From: Catajapyx aquilonaris | Lineage: Eukaryota | DNA length: 42,617 nt | NCBI GenBank assembly: GCA_000934665.2 | Contig: KZ538877.1 | Span: 1 to 42,617 of the forward strand | Direction: 5' to 3' | Shown here: one piece after another, positions 36,052-42,617 of the stretch | How the letters are laid out: the number at the start of each line of letters is the position of its first letter | Position numbering within the stretch: the first letter of the stretch is position 1 | The notes under the pieces: generated by a model | Databases searched by the model: none | What the model was told of the DNA's origin: nothing | Seen by the model: only the letters and a program-made list of their open reading frames with translations | Position numbers and translations under genes: made by a program

Positions 36052-37985
36052 CTATATGACAGATCATGCATTACCCAACAATAACATTATGCAACATTAT
36101 GGTGAATGTTGAGGCAACTATTTTCAAGTAATATTGTCATCAACATTGTTTCTCATCTCCCAACTATGATTATAAATAACTTGAACAATATCAGTCATAA
36201 TCGAAGCAGGTGTCAATAAGGCATTGAAAAATGCAGTCGATGTAATGACGTAGGGCAGCTGCAGGACAGGCTGATCCTGGCGGTTGTCCGTATAATATAT
36301 TATAAGCTGCCCCTTCTACTGCACCATTGTCCAGCAAGGAATCTTCAGAGCTGGCATGGCGCTTCCTCTCCTATTCTTCGGTGGGTGATGAGGAAGCCAT
36401 GGACCAAGTCTCGGTGGAGGTTGGAAATCCGATGGCCATCAGTACATTCCTCAAAAATTATAAATTGCTAGCCATCAGGTTATCCTCAAAGCAATGAGAA
36501 GGCTATGATTAATTTGAAATCTTCATGCGGCTAAAATCGGACAGTTTTGTTACTAAGGGTGGGGCAAAAGTCATTGGCGGATAAAAACGACGCAGCATGG
36601 CGTAAGTAACGAACGATTATATTTTTTTAAATATTTCACTACACAGAGAAAATATGCCATTTATGGATCAAGGTCTTGAAAACAACACTGGATAGATGTC
36701 CACCTTTGCGGGCAACACATTCCTCCAAGTGCCGCGCCGGACGAAACCCTTTCATAACAAACCATACAAACCATACGAGAGTCTGGCACATTTTAAAATA
36801 CTACATAAATAATGCGTTCGCAGGAAGGTGGACTTACAGCAGGAGTGACATAATTCATCCCTCCCAGCATAATATTCAGTATTATGCTCGTGTATTACAG
36901 GTATAGAAGACACTAGCAGTAGTGTTGGAAGTTATGACTGACAATATTGTGAGTATCATATTCTTTGGCTTGTGTGAAGTCACTGGCTGGAAAGACGTCA
37001 CAGCAGATACTCCTGGCAATAACATAGCCATCGACATGGCTATCATAGTGTTCTCGACAGGTATTCTATAACGAAGGTGTGACTATGAGCAGACTCATCT
37101 TGTGCTAAAGTTGAGGTCATCAGGAGGAGTTGAACTTCTGAACATCCTTGTCTTCGTCGGAATAACAATTACCCGCATATGGCAAGTTCATGGCACGTTT
37201 GTGACACGTTTGTGCTGGCACAAAACAGCAAAATGTTGGCCTCGAAACGGTGGACAAGAGGTTTAAGGTACATTTTAATACATATAATTATGAGACCTGT
37301 GGATAATGGTGGAGTTTCTCCGATTCACAAAAAAATATTTTCCGCAATAGACAAGTTTCCACTGAATAAGACAACACTTCACTAGAAATTAAATATTTAA
37401 TACGTTTAATTATATATATGATATAACTTACGCATTGTCGTCTCAAGATCCGCACATTATTCTGGCAACGGAGAAAGCGATATTTATTTGGACACGTTAT
37501 GAACCCCATTTTTTGTACAAATTTATTCCGCTATGTGCGGCCGGTTAGTAAACAGTACAGTAAGATAATAATAATCGTAATAATAATAAACTTCACGATG
37601 TGAAAGGCGGCTAATGCTGCTATTAATATTACTGGAAGATGCTTCATGTTGATTATCCCTTTTTGCTTGTAACATGAGAGAGATCATTGGGAATAAGTCA
37701 GACTGTTCAATTTAATTCAGAATAATATTCAATTCGGTGTTCCATTACCTCCCGGCGACTTCCCATGATTAGATCCACCTTGCTATGGCAGCCAGGTGAC
37801 ATTCACCCCGAACGAATGAAGAAGCCCTCCTCGCTTTATTGCATGCAACAGTGGTCCTTTGCATTTGAATAGTCATTGCAGCTGCATCGAAGTCGCATAA
37901 TATTAGGAAAGCACTTTCGTCTCGCAGCTTCCCTCTTCATTGAGAGTCGTCTTATTAGGTTGCTTGTTAAACACTACGTAGCGTA

Positions 37986-38603
37986 TCGTCGTTAGGCATC
38001 GGAAATCCGCTATGTGGAGACTTTGGCTGAAATGAGGTTTATAGTGGAATGTGACGAAAACCGCCATGTGCATCTGCTGTGAAAACCCGCCAAGTGTGGC
38101 AACAGCCAGAAATGAGGAAAAAAGGACCATTATCTGACCATATACGCTATGTGGAGCAATTAGTTCAAAGAAATTCAGCTATGTGGTGCGTGTTACACAT
38201 AGCGGATTTGTATAGAAGTGTATAGAAGATGACAAGTTCCTTTCTCTTAGCACCGTAATGATAAAAATTATTTTAATGTCCAACTGAACTATGAGTTAAT
38301 AATTGAAATAATAATATTTTATAATTATAATTATTTATCTGTCATAAACAAAATTCAGCTATGTGGGGTATGTGACTTGTTAAAATCCGCTATGTGTGAT
38401 AATCACTAAGAAATGCGTATTATTTCCTAGAATTTCATATGAATTCTGTTTATTCTTAGTGCAATACATGCATTATGAGAAACATGCCTTAATAAAAAAA
38501 TCTGGATCACACACATGCCACTTCAAAGGTTTTAATTGGTTTTTTGTCCCTCCTGAAAAGTTGTCCTTCACCCACATAGAGGATTTCCGATGCCTAACAA
38601 CGG
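37986..38603. mobile_element. Non-autonomous DNA transposon (618 bp), ~32-bp TIRs, TA TSD
   Basis: TA-TCGTCGTTAGGCATCGGAAATCCGCTATGTGG ... CCACATAGAGGATTTCCGATGCCTAACAACGG-TA, with internal GCTATGTG repeats. The ORF track shows the TIR as HI(A/E)DFRCLTT on both strands. Confidence 0.88.
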
Positions 38604-39010
38604 TATGTCGATCTACATCACTTGCTCATTTTTCATCTACAGGCCTATACCTTCACAATCATGATTGTGCAAGCAATAATGCCGCTGGGCTGTACCAAAC
38701 ACACATTTGATTCTCTATCTGATGAGGTCGGGTTCCGGCAATGATCTCGACTTCTCTAGTTTCCGTCGGTCCACCGCTCATCGGTCCACTCTATATTAAT
38801 ATTGGGGACGAATCAGGCGATGCAACACGGCCACTCGACGTCTGATTCGTCTCAACATGAGCTTCATTGCAGGTATTGCATAGCTCGTTTGTAACCATAG
38901 CAGACGAAGACAATCATGACTCTGTTCCTGTCCAGATAATGCTTTGGAAAATGATACGCATATCAACCATATCATCCTTGTCTTGTCATGTAAAGGTAAC
39001 AAACAACCTT

Positions 39011-39092
39011 TAATAATAATAATAACAACGACGACGACGACGACGACGACAACAGCAACAGCAGCAACAACAACAACAACAACAATAATAAT
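39011..39092. repeat. Compound trinucleotide microsatellite (AAT/AAC/GAC/AGC)
   Basis: Run of AAT, AAC, GAC, AGC, AAC and AAT triplets in register. Confidence 0.9.
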
Positions 39093-39560
39093 CGCTATTT
39101 GATATTATAACCTGGTCCTGGACTGAATGGTCATAATTGGCGTACTTAATTACTATTATTAGTCTATTATTTCCTTTAGAATGTTCACTGCGCCTTATGG
39201 TTATTATTTGTCATGTAGCAGGGCGCATAGGATGGTGGCCCCAAGACTGAAATGTTTTCTGCCTCCAATCAATGCACAGCAGAATAAGGCCACCTGCAAT
39301 ATTAGGATTAGAGCTTGGATTAGAGTGAGTGTAATTTTTCTTCCTGCATTTCACTGTTCAGTGTTAGACAAGGCCCGTCGAGACCAGACTAGGTCTTGTG
39401 CAAATGTCATTGGCCAAGTGTGTTTCATATATTATTATTATATCCTGTGAGTGCATGCGTCATCACGTGTGGCCTCTGAAGAATGTACGCCATCATGCAT
39501 ATTAGTGACAATAACTGGATTCAATACAGTACGGTTGTCCACTATTTATATTAATATGAG

Positions 39561-39670
39561 GTACTATATCGCTCAAAAACATAAGAGACGATTTTGCATT
39601 TGACTCAAGTGCAGCCTGCACTTGAATCAAGTGCAAAATCGTGTCTATGTTTTTGAGCGATGTATAGTAC
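39561..39670. repeat. 110-bp near-perfect palindrome (probable MITE)
   Basis: Arms 39561-39614 and 39616-39670 are reverse complements with 3 mismatches and 2 small indels; 1-nt spacer. Confidence 0.88.
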
Positions 39671-41479
39671 TACATAATAATATAACTACTGTAATATTAA
39701 TCAAACTTGGCATGGACGCAGTATGCCGGCTTAATCATGGCTGCTGTTGTCATGCATTTTTCGCCACTATTAAATACAGTTCCAACAACTGCGGGGTCTC
39801 AGATCGTCCCTTCGTCCTGCACTCATTCCCTATCAGTGCCGACAGCCGAGTATAATTATTATTATACTGCTGTCCGCTAGTCCGCAGCATGAAAAGGGCC
39901 TCGAGAGTCGCATGAATAAAATGAGCGGGTTCGGCTCGATTTCTTCATTGCGTTGTTGCTATATAGTCGGATGTTTTCTGATGAGCCGGAATCTCTCTTC
40001 CTTTCTCCATCATCAGTCATGGTATCGCCTCCTTCGGACCTCCATTCCGATGGTGGGTGCGGTGGATGCGTCGTCGGGTCGGAAAGGGTCAAGTGCCTTC
40101 ATTGATTGGAATCAGGGCGACTTGCATTCTGAGAGGATCAGCAAATGAACGGCAGCAGCAGCATGGAATCGCCATTCAATTTGTCCTTGTTCCGGCTCAG
40201 GCTTTTGTCGTTTCTATACGTCTGCATTGTAAGTACAATATTAATTATTTGATATAACATTCGTCCGAGTTATAGTCGTCCGTTTCATGCTTCCCGATCA
40301 GCAATGCATAAAGGCGCCTTATTCGTAGTATATTTTGCAACCGAAAAAGCTGAAATGCCCCAAAACTTCACATGCATTATATTATTTTAATGCAATGGCT
40401 ATCGAGCATAATTTACACCACTAGTGGAGGTGTATTCAGCGTACATGTTATTCTGAGTAATAAGTTACGACGACGAAGATGATGCTCATGAGCAGGATGA
40501 TGCAATTTTTTGACAGCATTTCATTTGTGCTTGTTGCACTCTATTCAATATGACTTGTATATTATACATATACTTATAATAACTTCCATCAGAACAGGGC
40601 AAACCGTATATCCCTGCAGGGATGGTGCAACAGTATAAAGTGCAAAAGAGTGACTCAAGCTGGATGGGGTTCCATCCACACGTTAAGTGTATACGAATCT
40701 CGGCCTTTGTTTATTTTCAAAAGGTTGGTGATTTTCTTCGGAATAATCTGGTTGACCAAACACACTTCATATTATACATGTAGCCTACTGGACTTCATCC
40801 ATACACTCGGTGTGCTTATAAAACTGGCTATGTGGACCACTGTGTATAGTAAATATGTCCAGGGATCTGAACTGTGGATCTGGAAACAAAGCTGATGGAG
40901 ACACTAAAAATCGATATTTTTCGATATATCAATCCGCATATTTACCTACCTCTAAAATCCAGCGGCTCTATTTCTCATGCCTCGGGATGACAGAGTGTAG
41001 CGGGGGACGTTGTTTGCTACTTTAGAGTTGACCCAGCCTTCGCGTATAAGGCGCGCCGCATTGATTCCTCGGCCCTGTGTTGCCTGTACACTCCTTCTCC
41101 ATGTATCATTGTTATGGATGCCACCAGGATGTGAGCTAACTCCACCTTGGTAAATCCTGCTGGGTGGTCGGCGGGGCAGAGGATCAGGGCTTCTGTCACG
41201 TGCTTCCTATATACTTCACTCTGGGGATGGTGGGCGCTGTTCCAAATATCTTTCCTAATATGCCTCCCATCTGTTCCTGTAAATACCTAATAACGTATAT
41301 TTGTGGTGAGTATTTAAGGCTTATTGCTATAAGTCGAATAGTCGAATTAGTTCGTGACCCTTGACACGAGCCTAATAGACTTGAAATTTCAGAACAATTT
41401 TGAAGTATAATCCCCTATTCATAACGTTTCAGGGGCGTATGTTTCCCTGCTGCATTCTTTTTGCGGCGCGGGAGGCTTG

Positions 41480-41645
41480 AGGCTATAGTCACTGGGACGA
41501 GATGGCCATTTTCACCTCTCCATCCCCAATCTGTTGATTGGGTGCAAGGTTCGCTCTTCTCCATTTCCTGCCCCACCTGTAGGTATGTCCTAAAAGAATG
41601 TTGCCATGCTGCTGCGGATGTGGGAGGAAGTGTGCCAAGATCAAA
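41480..41645 (-). mobile_element. Degenerate fragment of a probable Academ-type DNA transposon protein
   Basis: Translation DLGTLPPTSAAAWQHSFRTYLQV...TDWGWRGENGHLVPV matches the LPPT..A...H..R.YLQ / P..WGW...G.L.P motif that I associate with the region preceding the Cys-rich finger of AcademX-type proteins. The Cys finger and the upstream coding sequence are missing. Confidence 0.6.
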
Positions 41646-41725
41646 GTTCGGACCACACTTGAGAGGAAATTCGGACATATCTATTAGGACTAAATTGGGA
41701 CCACATTTGAGAGAATACTTGGACG
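41644..41725. repeat. Two-copy tandem repeat, period 48 bp
   Basis: AAGTTCGGACCACACTTGAGAGGAAATTCGGAC vs AAATTGGGACCACATTTGAGAGAATACTTGGAC. Confidence 0.75.
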
Positions 41726-42261
41726 AAAGGGCCAGCACATTGTGATTTTTGAAATTTGATTAAAAGGGACCTACTGCAATGCACAAATATGTGTGGAAAT
41801 TGTGTTGGATTGTAGTAGGCCATGGGTGCAGTAACCGCAACAACGCCACTGATGGTAGTAATCGAAAATAATGAGTCACAGTTTTTCTGTCGTTCCCTGA
41901 TTATGGTGGTGCTTGTGTAGTATTATTATAATAATAATTATGTGGCTCCAGTCTCTCCAGTATAAGGGTGATTCTTCAAGCAGTTTATTGGCAGATGAAG
42001 GGGCAGACTGCTGTTGGAATCCGTCGTCGGGAGTCTGCGAGCGTCGTCGGATGCAAGTTTTGATATTCCTAGCCAGTAAAATAATGTGTAGTATAGGTAG
42101 AACCATATTGAACAGGTTTTCGCCTGGCTATATATGTAGTAGTAAGTGTTCTTTGTAGCCTCACAAAGAGTCCCACTAATCAATCAATAACGACAATAAG
42201 CAATATCATAACCGGCGTGTAACATAGGTGTAGGGCATGCAAGTTCATTGACACAGGCAGT

Positions 42262-42535
42262 GAGTCCCTGTGACTCTCACGTTTTTGGTGAACTGAAGAA
42301 AGATTTGCGCGGAGGCGGATTCCATATATGGGACGATGAAGTGGAGGAAGTGTTGCGGATATGGTTCCAGCCTCCAGGAACAACCCAAAGACTCTTCTAT
42401 GAGAAGGCCATTTCACGCCTTATTGTCTCAGTCGTATATATGTCGTTGTCTAAATCATCACGGGCAATATACTTTTGAAAAAAGTTCAATGTTACATTGA
42501 GCTAGCCTTCAGCTCGTTTTTTATTGACTTCAGTG
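42262..42535 (+). mobile_element. Mariner transposase 3' fragment (pseudogene) with eroded right end
   Basis: SPCDSHVFGELKKDLRG..F..DDEVEE..RIWF...FYEKAISRL matches the mariner C-terminus (SPDLxPxDxxLF..LK, F..GI..L). Frameshifted tail, followed by a TIR-like CGTTTTTTATTGACT. Confidence 0.85.
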
Positions 42536-42617
42536 GATCGCTTCCATTTTGATCAAGTGATGCGACACTTGCTTTCTCTAGCCGCGCATGCGCATAATTT
42601 TCTTTAAGATTTGAAGG

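Noticed and set aside
1..42617. CRISPR arrays, operons or prokaryotic defence systems
   Set aside because: The DNA is spliced eukaryotic sequence; no regularly spaced repeat-spacer array was seen.

Overview
Eukaryotic, almost certainly insect, genomic DNA: AT-rich introns and intergenic DNA, GC-rich spliced exons, (AAT)n microsatellites and a 16-nt N gap. Manual splicing with phase checks gives eight intact genes. On the minus strand are four tandem Methuselah-like GPCRs (1243-18936), two tandem takeout/juvenile-hormone-binding-protein (JHBP) genes (19340-24648) and one intronless divergent ionotropic receptor (IR; 28944-30818). Head-to-head with the IR, on the plus strand, is a two-exon MpaB'/latex-clearing-protein-like (DUF2236) oxygenase gene (31953-33214). 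Mobile DNA comprises two copies of one tRNA-derived SINE with target-site duplications (TSDs), several TA-flanked MITEs, a probable Academ fragment and a mariner fragment. Notable points: two GC-AG introns in the third GPCR, one of them at a position unique to that paralogue; one versus two ectodomain modules among the paralogues; and co-location of receptors, lipid carriers and a putative isoprenoid-cleaving oxygenase. All family calls come from motif recognition by eye, not database searches.
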